A stretch of DNA of 64,000 nucleotides from Selaginella moellendorffii (Eukaryota; Plantae; Lycopodiophyta). Position numbers and translations under genes: made by a program. The notes below the pieces were generated by a model that worked only from the letters and a program-made list of their open reading frames with translations, had not been told where the DNA came from and did no database searches. This document shows positions 50,713 to 62,000 of the stretch, one piece after another (positions within the stretch are counted from its first letter, which is position 1; every line of letters starts with the position of its first letter). The stretch is taken from contig NW_003314281.1 of the NCBI RefSeq assembly GCF_000143415.4, forward strand, positions 1,589,882 through 1,653,881. The letters are read 5' to 3'.

Positions 50713-53274
50713 ATGCAGAAAGAACAAGAGCAACAGAAAATGGAGAAAGTGGAGATCGTCTTTTGGTTGTTATTTGCTCTAGGCCTCTCACAAATGCTGG
50801 GATCCTCCTCCAAAAACGAGGCGGATGTTCTTCTCGAGTTCAAGAAGGGTATAAACGACACAGAAGGCAATCTTCTTGACTGGAACCCGGGCAATGTTGC
50901 CAACATGTGTGCTTGGGCAGGAATCTCATGCGATTCTTCCACCAGCGTCGTCTCGATCAGGCTTACATCTCTTCTCTTACAGGGAAGTATATTGCCCTCG
51001 ATTGGCCAGCTAACACAGCTCAGAGAGCTCAACTTGTCACGGAACTACTACATGTCCGGTGAGATTCCCAGCGAGATCACAAACTGTTCTCTCCTTGAGG
51101 TGCTAGATCTCTCCTACAATCTCTTCCAGGGCCGGATTCCGGGCTTCTTGGGACGCCTTCAACGTCTACGTCATCTTTCCCTGCGGTGGAACTATTACAA
51201 CCAGGAGATTCTCTCGAGCTTGGCAAATTGCTCGTCTCTCGAAGTCATTGATCTCTCGAGAAACCAGCTTGGTGGCCGCATTCCGGAGTCCCTGGGTCAG
51301 CTTTCCAGGCTGCAAAATCTCTCTCTGGCTGACAATTCCTACATGCATGGAACACTGCCTCGAAGCTTGGGCAATTGCTCGTCTTTGGTTGGTCTCAGGC
51401 TTCGAAACAACAAGTTCACTGGAAAGATACCAGTCGATCTATTCAAGCTACCAGTGCTCTTGACCCTTGGCATTTCGATGAACGAGTTTACTGGTATTGA
51501 ATCTGGTGGCTACGCCTCAAGCAGCATTGTGGAGCTAAACTTGACCTCCAACAGTTTCAACACCTCCATGGACAGCATACTAAAAGGAATCCAGCAAATG
51601 AAGCACCTTCAAATTCTGGCTCTTGGTGGCTTCCCACAGCAATTGTCTGGTGAGATCCCTGCTAGTCTTCTTTCTTTGAAATCACTTCAAAGTTTGGACC
51701 TCCAGAATAACAGTTATAGCTCCATTCCTTTGGACTTTGCCTACGGCAACCTGGGGTATTTAGACATCAGGTTCAACAAGTTCGCTGCTCTCCCTTCTCA
51801 CGCATCGAAGTTTCTTAAAACTGTGAACGTGTTACGTCTGGCAAGAAACCAGCTCACATCAATCCCACCTGAGATCTTTGGTGGGGATGACTGCGCTCTT
51901 GAAGCGATCGACATGTCCCGCAACAACTTGTCCACAGGAATTCCTGAAACTTTGGTGGATTGCCTGTCCCTACAGAGCGTGGATCTATCCGTTAACAATC
52001 TACAAGGTGGCCTACCGAGTGGAATGGCAAAGCTCCGGAACTTAACATCCATGACCGTCTTCAGGAACAACTTGACTGGGCCTTTGTTTCCACAGGTCGG
52101 CTCACTGGAGAAGCTGAATACTTTGGACCTTTCATGGAACAGGTTCTCAGGAGCCTTGTGGGAAGACTACTCCCCAGGTTCGTCGATGCGGCGACTTGAT
52201 CTCTCTTACAACGAGCTCTCTGGCCAAGTTTCTCCAGGCATTGGCAACTTGACAAAGCTCACGAGGCTTGATCTTTCCAATAACCATCTCTCCGGTGTCA
52301 TTCCTTCGGAGCTTGGACGCTGCTCTTCTATAACGCTGCTGGACTTGTCAAGAAATGAACTGAATGGTAACCTTCCAAAGGCGATGGACAATTTCACAGA
52401 GCTTCTCATCCTCAATGTAGGAGATAATATGCTAACTGGTGAGGTGACCATGGACTTTGGAGCCACTAAACACCTAGTGGCCTTGCAACTTGGGCAGAAC
52501 CAATTCAGCGGCCCTCTCCCATACAGCTTGAGCAACATCTCCTTGCAAATGCACCAGGTGCAAGTCTCAAGCCAAACTCGGCAGCATGACTTCTATCTGC
52601 AGCCACTTTGCACTGGGATCCAAGCGCTAGACCTGCGAATGAACAACTTCCAGGGCATGTTTCCAGAGATAGTTTGCAAGTGGACGTGCTTGATGGTCTT
52701 GTCACTCGCAAACAACAATATCCGGGGCACCATCCCACCATGCATCGCCAACCTCACCAATCTTCAAGTGATTGATCTCTCCAGCAACCACCTCACTGGT
52801 GCTTTGCCCGACCAGCTCGATCTCATGCAAGGTTTCAAAGCCACAAATGTGAGTGTAAAAGCATTGGGAATGATCTCCAAGTCTCCCGAGTGGTACAGCT
52901 TTGGCGGGGGCGTGTTTGGCTACGGGATCACCCTGCGAGGAGCATATGTCACCATATCAAACCTCATCGATTCCTTCACGCTCATGGACTTCTCAAACAA
53001 CGAACTCGAAGGTGAGCTGCCCCTCACACTTTCTGGGCTCGTGGGTCTCATGCAGCTCAACATCTCGAGCAACCGATTCTCTGGACGCATCCCAGTTGGA
53101 CTCTCCAGGCTTAAGGTGCTGGAATCACTTGACCTGTCGCACAACAACTTCGAGGGTGGCATTCCGCAGGAGATTGCGTTCATGCCCGAGCTGTCCAGTT
53201 TCAGCGTTGCCTACAACAATCTCAGTGGTCCTATTCCTACTGGCAACAACCTCAACACCAAAATCCAGCTTTGA
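50713..53274 (+). CDS. LRR receptor-like protein, intronless, 853 aa; truncated before the TM domain (predicted secreted)
   Basis: First ATG is 50713 (alternative 50740). Signal peptide, LRRNT cap (LLEFKKG...W...C.W.GI.C), many plant-specific LRRs (LxLSxNxLxGxIP), an island domain and final LRRs. It ends GPIPTGNNLNTKIQL*. Confidence 0.9.
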   Translation: MQKEQEQQKMEKVEIVFWLLFALGLSQMLGSSSKNEADVLLEFKKGINDTEGNLLDWNPGNVANMCAWAGISCDSSTSVVSIRLTSLLLQGSILPSIGQLTQLRELNLSRNYYMSGEIPSEITNCSLLEVLDLSYNLFQGRIPGFLGRLQRLRHLSLRWNYYNQEILSSLANCSSLEVIDLSRNQLGGRIPESLGQLSRLQNLSLADNSYMHGTLPRSLGNCSSLVGLRLRNNKFTGKIPVDLFKLPVLLTLGISMNEFTGIESGGYASSSIVELNLTSNSFNTSMDSILKGIQQMKHLQILALGGFPQQLSGEIPASLLSLKSLQSLDLQNNSYSSIPLDFAYGNLGYLDIRFNKFAALPSHASKFLKTVNVLRLARNQLTSIPPEIFGGDDCALEAIDMSRNNLSTGIPETLVDCLSLQSVDLSVNNLQGGLPSGMAKLRNLTSMTVFRNNLTGPLFPQVGSLEKLNTLDLSWNRFSGALWEDYSPGSSMRRLDLSYNELSGQVSPGIGNLTKLTRLDLSNNHLSGVIPSELGRCSSITLLDLSRNELNGNLPKAMDNFTELLILNVGDNMLTGEVTMDFGATKHLVALQLGQNQFSGPLPYSLSNISLQMHQVQVSSQTRQHDFYLQPLCTGIQALDLRMNNFQGMFPEIVCKWTCLMVLSLANNNIRGTIPPCIANLTNLQVIDLSSNHLTGALPDQLDLMQGFKATNVSVKALGMISKSPEWYSFGGGVFGYGITLRGAYVTISNLIDSFTLMDFSNNELEGELPLTLSGLVGLMQLNISSNRFSGRIPVGLSRLKVLESLDLSHNNFEGGIPQEIAFMPELSSFSVAYNNLSGPIPTGNNLNTKIQL

Positions 53275-53519
53275 ATGATTGCCATCTTCTTGGAACTTGT
53301 TGAACTTATTGATGATCATCTGGATTTTGCTGGTGAACACCACTACATAGAACGCCACCACAAAGGGCGGGATAGCACCACAAAGAAAGCCCAAGACGAA
53401 GGTATCAGTGTTGGTGGCATGTACTGGGATGTTGGTCGAGGAATTAGATGTCGAAGCATTGCATGCCGAGAGTGGGAATCCACACAAGAGAGTGTTGCCT
53501 GTGAAGGCATCCAGAAACC
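53261..53519 (-). other. 259-bp inversion containing the C-cap, juxtamembrane and TM coding sequence of the LRR-RLP
   Basis: The minus strand reads RFLDAFTGNTLLCGFPLSAC...TFVLGFLCGAIPPFVVAFYVVVFTSK. The paralog has this in sense orientation at 41621-41860. Confidence 0.95.
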
Positions 53520-53684
53520 TACTGCACAGGCAATCCCACAACAGTCGAGTCTTGCCACCCCCCAGCAACTTAGCTTCAGCAGCTAATGTAAAAACGAAAG
53601 TAAGGCACCAGCTTTTCAAAGCTGTGGTGCGATTTCAAGAGAAACAAGAGTTGATAAGAATTGTGGACGAATAAAGGTATTTGA

Positions 53685-55319
53685 TTATAGCAAGCTAGAC
53701 ACTTGATCGCTGTTATCTTCCACTCCCAGGTAGTAGAGGCACAACAAAGCCCCAGAGCACAGAACAAACACAAGCGCCAGCCTCTCGAGCGTGAGATCGG
53801 TCTTGCTGCTGTCCAGCTGAGAGGCGCTCGTGATCTGGTACCAGGGCGATGCCACCGCTCCAAACAAGATGCCCACCAGCGCGCCACCGACGTGAGTCCA
53901 GGCATCCACCGGGAGCTCGTTCCCCACCAGCACGGTCAGCCCGCTAAGCACCAGGACCTTTTGCAAGAGCTCGCCGGTGTCAAACGTTCGCACGGCCTCC
54001 TTGTTCTTGACGAGGAAGATGATCCAGCTGCAGATCATGGCAAACACCGCGCCGGTTCCTCCCACTGTTGGCTGCGACGTCTGGAGAAAGCTCGCCACGT
54101 TGCCCATGGCACCGCCCAGGAGGTAAATCAGGACGAGTCCTATGGAGCCGTAGAGGCTCTCCACAAGTGGGCCAAAGGATATCGTCGCCCAGCAGCTGAG
54201 GAAGAGGTGCAACAGGCCCGAGTGCTGCGAGAAAGGGAGACACACACGGTTTGAGTTGATCTGAAGTCGAGTGGAAGAGCTCATACCAGGAAAGTTGGAG
54301 TTATCAGCCTCCACCATTCTCCGGCGACAATGAGATCGTTCACTTTTGCTCCTTGCAAGAATGCCAGATCCATGCCGTTTTCTGTTTGCTGGGTCGTCGC
54401 AAGGCCGAAAATATAGACACCAATGTTTATCCCCACAATGGTCGACCTGGAGAAAAAAAATCAGAAAAAAAAAAAAACCAGAGAGAAAACGCAAACTTTG
54501 ACTTACACCACAATGGATCCCCGTCGCATGAGGAGCAAAGGCACTTCTTTGTTGGCCTCATCGCTGGTGGTATTCAGCACGACCAGAGGAGTTTCTTCAT
54601 TGTTGGGATCCAACTCAAACTCACTCCCACGATCTTCTTTCACTGCTGCGGCTGCCGATGCTTCCTCCTTCTCTTTGGATTCGGCTTGCTCAAACTCCTT
54701 GAGTACTGTCAGGAGCAGCTCCTCCTTCAAAGCGTACTCGTCCTGTAGTGACTTCAACTTATCAGTACCTGCCTTCATAAAAACTCGTCAACTAAACCCT
54801 CGCCCAGCACAAACAGAAAAAAACTACCTAGTGCAAGAGTAAAGACTCACCACTAGCGTGGCTGCGAATTTCTTTCGCTGGATCGTGCTCTTGCTTGTGC
54901 AATCCGCCAGACTCCACGGAAATCACCGCTGCTTCGCGTAAAGAACTTAAAGGCTTCTCCTCCTCCTCCCGGGAAGTCGTGCTCGATTTCTTCTTCTTCG
55001 TCTCAAGCATGTCAAAGTATGAATCCAGGGTCTTCAATGCACTCTTAACAGCCGACGAACTCTCCCCTTTCTTCTCATCATCATCGCTCTCGCCCGCCGA
55101 CGACGAGCTGGCGCTGCCCGAGCCCTCGCATTTCAAGCGCCGGCAGAAGCGCTGCGGCCTCAGCGCCGATCCCCTGTGCCCGATGCTACTCAGCAGCAGC
55201 GATCTGTGCGACACCGAAAACCCTTGCTGGATCGCCGCCACAGACATGAGCTCCGAGCAGAACTCCATCGCGCAAGACTCACCAATCGATCGAAATCCGC
55301 CTCCTCTCCCCATCGCCAT
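53685..55319 (-). CDS. Rhomboid-like protein of the RBL9 type (probably plastid, probably inactive); exons 55319-54851, 54768-54507, 54446-54287, 54224-53685; 476 aa
   Basis: The GT-AG spliced product gives GAKVNDLIVAGEWWRLITPTFLHSGLLHL, PTVGGTGAVF and WTHVGG, with a transit-peptide-like N-terminus. Exon phases are compatible. Confidence 0.9.
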
Positions 55320-55495
55320 AGCCAGAGCTCGCTAGAACCCTAAAATATTTAAGCCAAGGGTGAAAAGAACAAACAAAAGAATTAATAGTAGTAAAAATGA
55401 GCAAGGACAAAAAGAAGGGAAAATTTACTTTTTACAACCATTGGCTCTTCGTGATTTTTTTTTTCTTCTCTCTCTTGTCTCGAGGACGAGGATCA

Positions 55496-58400
55496 TCACA
55501 AGCCGGGCCTGCTTCTCCTCATCCTCTTTCTTCGCGCCGCAGGACCCCAGCTTCGTCTCGACCACTCCTCAAATTCGTCGCTCTCCTTCCCCATGATCTC
55601 CTCGGACGAATTCTCGCCAGAGTTTTGCTGCTGCTGCTGCTGGCTCAGTCGATCCAGGGACTCCTGCTCGGACGTCGAATTGTTGCTGCCGTAGTTCGAG
55701 GACGCGGAGGAGATCCTTTTGGTCTCGTGATGAGGATGAGCGTGGCCTCCTCCATCTCGGTGATCCCGTGGCTTCGAGGACGAATTCACGGCCTTGGTGA
55801 TGTTGGTGGTGGAGGAGAGATCTCTGGCTGCTCCGGCTGATGATTTGGAGCTCCTGGATGATGGAGTGTGATGTTGGTGTTGTTGGTGATGGTTTTGCTG
55901 CTGCTGCTGCTGCTGCTGCTTCTTGGTTACCAGTTTCTTCTTGATCTTGGACGAGGACTTTGGAGCTTCGGTCGCCGCTCCACCATTTCCACCACCGCCA
56001 CCACCTCCACCACCTTCGCATTGTGTCAGAGCCACCTTGACGGATTTGAACGAGGCCTTCGGTGGATCCTCCGCAGCAACCACACTCTCCTGGAACTTGG
56101 CTACTATCGTCTTGCTGTTCTTGCTCTTCTTCTTCTTCTTCTTCTTCTTGCTCTCGTCCTTCACAGGCTCCGCTACCGCTGGCGATGGCTTTGGAGGGGC
56201 GGCGGCGGCGGCAGCCGGAGGAGCGGCATGGTTTGCCACACCTGTAGGCAGCGTTTCGATGAGCCGCCTCTTGGATTTGTGATGCAGGCGGAGCACTCCA
56301 CTGTCGCCGTTCTTCTCCGGCTGGACGTGATCTCGCTTCGCGGGAGCCAGGCTGACGAGGATCTCCGCCGCCAAGTTGGCACCGTCGTCCGGATTGTCCG
56401 CAAGGAACGAGTAGCCATTGCTCCCCGCCTTATCCTTGTCCTTATCCTTCTCCTTGTGACGGCTCACGGACGGCGAAGCTTTCAGCGTGGAGCTCTCCTT
56501 CTCCTTGAGACCCTGGTGGCTCGAGTGAGACTTGGAAGACGACGACGATTTCAAGCTCTTGGGATTCACCAGATGCTTCCTCTTCTTCTTCTCGCCCTCC
56601 CCATCCCTGGACAGCTCCCCTGTCCGCGAATCTAGCTCCTCGGCAATGGCGTCAGGCCGCTTCTTCCCGTTAGTAGTAGCGTTGTCAGATTCCCTTGTTG
56701 CCAACAAGTCTTTGGAACTCACCAGCTTGAATCGCCGCTTCTTGCTGCTCGTAGGTGGCGCCGCCGGCGGCTCAGCACTGTCTCGAACTTCTTCCCTGGC
56801 CTTGTGGTGCTGCTGCTGCTGCTGCTGCTCTGAAGAGCTTCTAACCGCAACCTTCTCGATCTTCCCGGACCGCTGCTTCACCTGTACATCCTCCACGCTA
56901 CCGGTGTCACAAATCGGACATCCTGGCTGCGAGCAACTACAGCTTGGAGCCTCCTCACACCTTCCCAAATCAGTCTCGTCCCTGGAGCCACCTCTTCTCT
57001 CTTGCAACACTTCATCCCTTTCCACTACTTGGGCATCCTGTTTGATCGCCTTGACCACGTCCAGCAGACCGGAATTGGGCTTGTCGCTCGAGCTCAAGCC
57101 CAATCCCCCCGGAGGATTCAGATCCAAGCCTTTCGGCTTGCTCTCGTCCTTGGGCTCGCCAGCCTCGAGCTTTGCAACCTCGCTCCCATTCACTGGGCTC
57201 TCCGTACTGTCCCCTCTCTTCCGCTGATCTGTTGCTACCACTAAAGCTGCCGCTGCTGTCTCGTCACCGTGTTGACGCAACAAGCCCACAACCGGTGGTC
57301 CGTCTCTGTCCAGCGGAGCCAGCTTAAGCTCCATGGTCGCTCCATCGAGTATGAGCTTGGGAGGTTTCTTAAACGGCGGTTTCGGAGGCGTTGAAGCCGA
57401 GTAAAGAAAACCCGGCGAGGGAGCAGTGCTCGCATTACTGCTCGCCCCTTTCAACCAGCAGCCACTCCCCCCACCACTCTCCTCTTTGTTGTTGTTGCTC
57501 GCATAGCTCGCCGGAGGAGGAGCAGCCGGAGGAGGAGGAGGAGGAACCACCCCGAGCACCGCCGCGTGATGGTGTTGCTGCTGATGCGAGCTCGGACTCG
57601 GACTCGTGGTCGCAAAGCCCGAGCCACCTTGCCACGCAACTTGGACAGACTGCGCAGGTGTCCCCGCCTGTAACACGGCCACTTGCTGGTACTGTGGCTG
57701 CTGCGGCTGGTGGTAATAGTTGGAGTTTGATTTCCACCACAGTCCCAGGCCGCCGGGAGAAGCCTCCATGAAAGCCGACGACGACGACGACGACGACGAC
57801 GGTGGCGGCACTGGCTCCCTTCTCGCCATGTTGGTGGACGGGATCAGAATTCCCTGGCTCGAGTAGCTCACGTGATTTTGCAGGCCACCCAGCGAAGCAC
57901 CGAAAAACTTTCCATTGTCCTCCGCAGACGGACCCCGTTCCATGGCTGCTGCTGCCGCGGACGCGAAGAACGGGTTCAAGTTCTCGATGCCGGAGGACGA
58001 TGATGAAGATCCTCCCAGTCCTTTCCCGTTCTCGGCTGCGAACCGGTTGTTGGGGCCCGGCTCCAAAAACACAACATGCTGATTCTCCGCTGCCTTTGAA
58101 TTCGTGGAAAGAACTTCCTGCTGCTGCTGCTGCTGCTGCTGCTGTGGCTTGGATACCTGCACGAGGAGAATAAAAACAAATGGAGAAGGAGCACAAAAAA
58201 AAAAAGGAAAGAGAAACAAAGACCCGAGTTAGCAAAGTAGAAGGAATCAAATTGTGATTAGATAGGAGGCACCACTACCTTATCGCTTGCGGCGAGGTGA
58301 AATCCATTGGGCGGAGCTCTGCTCTTCTCCACAGCCGCCGCCGCAGCATTCCTTAATGCTTGAGCTCCTCCAGTGTTGTCAAAGCCGTACCCCCAGATCC

Positions 58401-59093
58401 CACCCAGAATCCCTTGGGTCACACACGGAAGAACCTGCTGCTGCTGCTGCTTAAATCCTCCACCTCCACCTCCACCTCCTCCATCCGAGCCCGAGCTCTT
58501 GGCACGCTTTATCATCTGGAAGATCTCACTCTCTCCGTCTCGGCCGCTGTTCCAGCCGATCTGCTGCTGCGAGCCCACTTTCTCATGAACAGCCGCTGAC
58601 GAATCCAGATTCTTCACACTGTTCATGGCTGGAGCTGGAGCAGCAGTGGCAGCAGTGGCAGCCGCGGCAGCGCTCAGCCTTGACACCAAATCACAAGCGG
58701 CGCTGCTGTTATTGTTGTTGTTGGCAGTGGTGGTGGTGGTGGTGGCGTTGCTGCTGGGCTCCTCCATCTCCACATCCATGTACTCCTCGGCTGGCAGCTC
58801 CAAGTCGAAAGTCCTCCGCCGGGGCTTGGCATCACTCTTTTTGCCGCTGCAATCGTAGCCAGATGCCAATTCCAGCCTCGAGCTGTCGATCGCGCGAGGC
58901 GGCCGGAGGTCTTGGAGCAGCAGCTTCTGGACACGATAGACCCTGTGGAGCTCCTGGACCTGCGCAAGGAGACGAACACCATCCATGAGAACATCTCGCC
59001 TCACTTTGCGCAAAATGGATAGATCTGACTGACCTGTTGGCGGAACTGGGCCTCCTGCTCGAGGATAATCTTCCTGACCATCTCCATTTCCAT
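55496..59093 (-). CDS. DUF863-family protein; exons 59093-59034, 58959-58279, 58156-55496 (start uncertain)
   Basis: Spliced VRKIILEQEAQFRQQ|VQELHRVYRVQK, FDLELPAEEY, GLDLN (EAR-like), AAEILVSL and C-terminal WGPAARRKRMRR match recalled DUF863 blocks. Contains poly-Q/G/S tracts. Confidence 0.8.
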
Positions 59094-62000
59094 ATCCAAG
59101 CCTTCCACCTCTCGCGTCTCCTACACACAAATGCCGCAATCCCCTGCTTCCATCCAAAACATGGTGCTCAGAACAAGCATAAAACAAAGAAAAGGAAAAA
59201 AAAACACACACACACCACCACACCACACCACACCAAAGAGGAAGAAGGGAAGAAAAATAGATTTTTCTTTCAGACCTGTGCATGGCGAAGAGAAGAATTC
59301 CAAGCGCTTTACCCAGAAGAGCTCCACGGAAGAACAGCGAATGGAATAACAGCGGAGATATGGCGCTGTCCCTGCCATCGATAAAGAGAGGAAGAACACG
59401 GCTGCTCGCTGGGTAGATCTGGAGCTCCCGTGGCTTGATCTCTTGGAAAGATCTCTAGATCTCGGGGCCCCGAATCCAAGGCGCGCCGTTGCCAATTCTT
59501 TCTACTGCCAAGGACTGGAAGAAGATGCGGAGAAGAAGCAGCCAGTGGCGAGGAGCCGAAGAAGAAAAGTCACCAGCATGCGTGGAATTTCTTCGGGAAC
59601 ACCGCATGTGTGGCGATTACTGTAAGGCGCGGCCAGGAAATGACAAGAAAGAGAGGAGTTCTTCCAAGGGATGGATGAATGCCACGGCCGGAGCGCCTAG
59701 AGGCCAGAATCTCTCTCTCGCCGCTCGCCGTCCACAAGCTCCGGATCGAGGAATCAATCGTCGCAAGCCTGATTGATTGATTGGCAGCAGCGCGGCCGCG
59801 GCGCAGCGCCTTCCTCGCCGCCTAGCTACAAGAAAGATCTCGAAATATTTCCCAGTCGCGGCGGCGGGGACGAATCCATCTGCCACGGTCAATGCATCCC
59901 GCGCGTCGCGGCTTCCTCGCGATTCCTAGCTCCGGAAGAACACCACCACACCTCCTTCATTCACACGCACGCACGCACACGGCATTCATTCCTCCTCCTT
60001 CCCCCATTTTCTTTTTCTCTCTCTTTCTCGTCTTCTTCTTACTCTGCCCGAACGATCTTCTCTTAGCCCTAATCACTGCCCTAAATTGGAGCTGGCACCG
60101 CGAATCTTTCTCAACGCTGGGGGGGGAGGGTAAAAAACTCTAGGCTAGCACCGGGAAAAAAATGATTTGTTTTCACGCTCTTCCCCTCCTCGTCTCCTCC
60201 TACCACCAAGGATGATCCCGGGTAAAATCCGTAACGCACGTCGTTTCTACCGCAACCCCGCTGTACCACTCGGAGGCCGCCACGTGCCCCCTGCCCGCGA
60301 GAATCTTGCGTGGTCCACAACAAACCGAATATGCGCATGAATTCAGATTATCCGGATAGATTAGGTGCCACTGGAATATGCTCTTCCCCCCTTCCTTTAA
60401 ATAGTTGCATGTATGCATATCTATCTATTTCTCAAAGGCCTCACAATCGTATTGCAAAGCTGACACACTGGTTGTGTATGAGAGATAGATTAGATTTACA
60501 ATTTCTATATGGAGCCTTGTACACATCCGGAGAATGTTAACTTTATAACACGATTTCTAACAAACTCCATAATAACAAACTCAATAATAGGATACTAGTT
60601 CTCTTGTTTATGCAAAAGGGGGATCTTCCTCCATAGCTTCTCTTGTGTGTGTGTGTATGTGAGTGTGGTTTGACCATTGCAACTTGCGAAGAACTGTTTG
60701 CTGGTATGAAATTCTAGCAAATATTGTAAATGTTGTTGTAAATATTATATAAATGCTGTTGGCCATGCCCCACTGGAGGAACAAAGAGATGGTGGTGGTG
60801 GTGGTGGTGGAGGGGGTGGTGGATCATAGGATTTGTTTGAGAAACACCAAAAAAAAGGGGGCATTTTGGATGTATAGATATTTTTCCCCTTCTTGGTGGT
60901 CTTTTTATGAGTGAATGCTCCCAAAACTGTGGACCCGGGAGATTGGGTCGTCTCCTCTTGTCAAGAACAAGTCCTCCCCTCTTTTACTTTTTTTCCTTTC
61001 TTTTCTGGCTCATGGGATCTATCTAGTGACTCCTCCTTGCTTGCGTTTGCAGCTCTTATATTCTCGTGTATCATGATCACGCCAGAGGGATTGATTGACC
61101 TGATGTGCAAGTGAATAGTGGTGGATCAATGTGGTGGCGGTGGCGGTGTGATGATTTCCCGCTAGGTCTTGGATCGCTTGTCTTCTAGATTTGCTGGCTT
61201 TTACACGATCTCAAAGGTTCCCTTGTCTTCCTGCGCCTGTGATCTCCGGAGAATATCCAAACGGAATAATCTCCGTGGCTAGGGCGCGGGTCAAAGCTGC
61301 CAACCAAACAAACTACTCAAACAAGCCAACATGATAATTCAGTGTTGGCATCTCTCTCCAAATCATGCGCAGTTTTGAGAAATCGTGTGTGTTGTTATCG
61401 GCCTTTGTATTATAATTTTCGTTTGCGCCGGATTCGAGGAGTGGTAAAAAACAAGGCGGTAAAAATCATGTTTGGTGAAACGTCGGTCTCGTCTATGTCT
61501 CGATCAGCCGGGTGGTCGATCGATCAATCTCGCAGCAAGCGTAGTTTGTTGAGACTCCTTGTGCTTTAGTAAATCGAAGATCTCTCCAGTATAACGACAC
61601 ACACTCACACGAAGCAACTTGGATGGAATCAAAAGAATCGTCATCGATGCCCACGAAAACAAGGAACTCCACCCAGACACTAAGATCGAATAGATCATCA
61701 CGCGTTTTCTTTGCAAATAGAGAAAATAGGGTTTTTTAAACTGGATCCCCGTCTATTTTAATGTATACCGCGATACCTTTATCTTTCCCCTTAAAAATGG
61801 ACATAGACAAATCTTAGCCAGTTTTGTCTGTTACAAGGCCACCACATGCCGAATCGAGATAGGGATAGGGCTGGCTGTCCCCTCGCGCCCAGCAATTAAA
61901 TAAAAATAACGCAACGAGAATAGCCAGTTCATCCTTCCATGTGGAACATCAAACGCTCACGACCTAATCTTTGTATCCTTGCCCGCATTAATGCCAAACA

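Noticed and set aside
53125-53619. 164-aa minus-strand ORF with a TM helix as a separate gene
   Set aside because: It is the inverted C-terminal segment of the LRR-RLP.
55397-59776. Many overlapping plus-strand and alternative-frame ORFs
   Set aside because: Shadows of a GC-rich, trinucleotide-repeat-rich DUF863 coding region.
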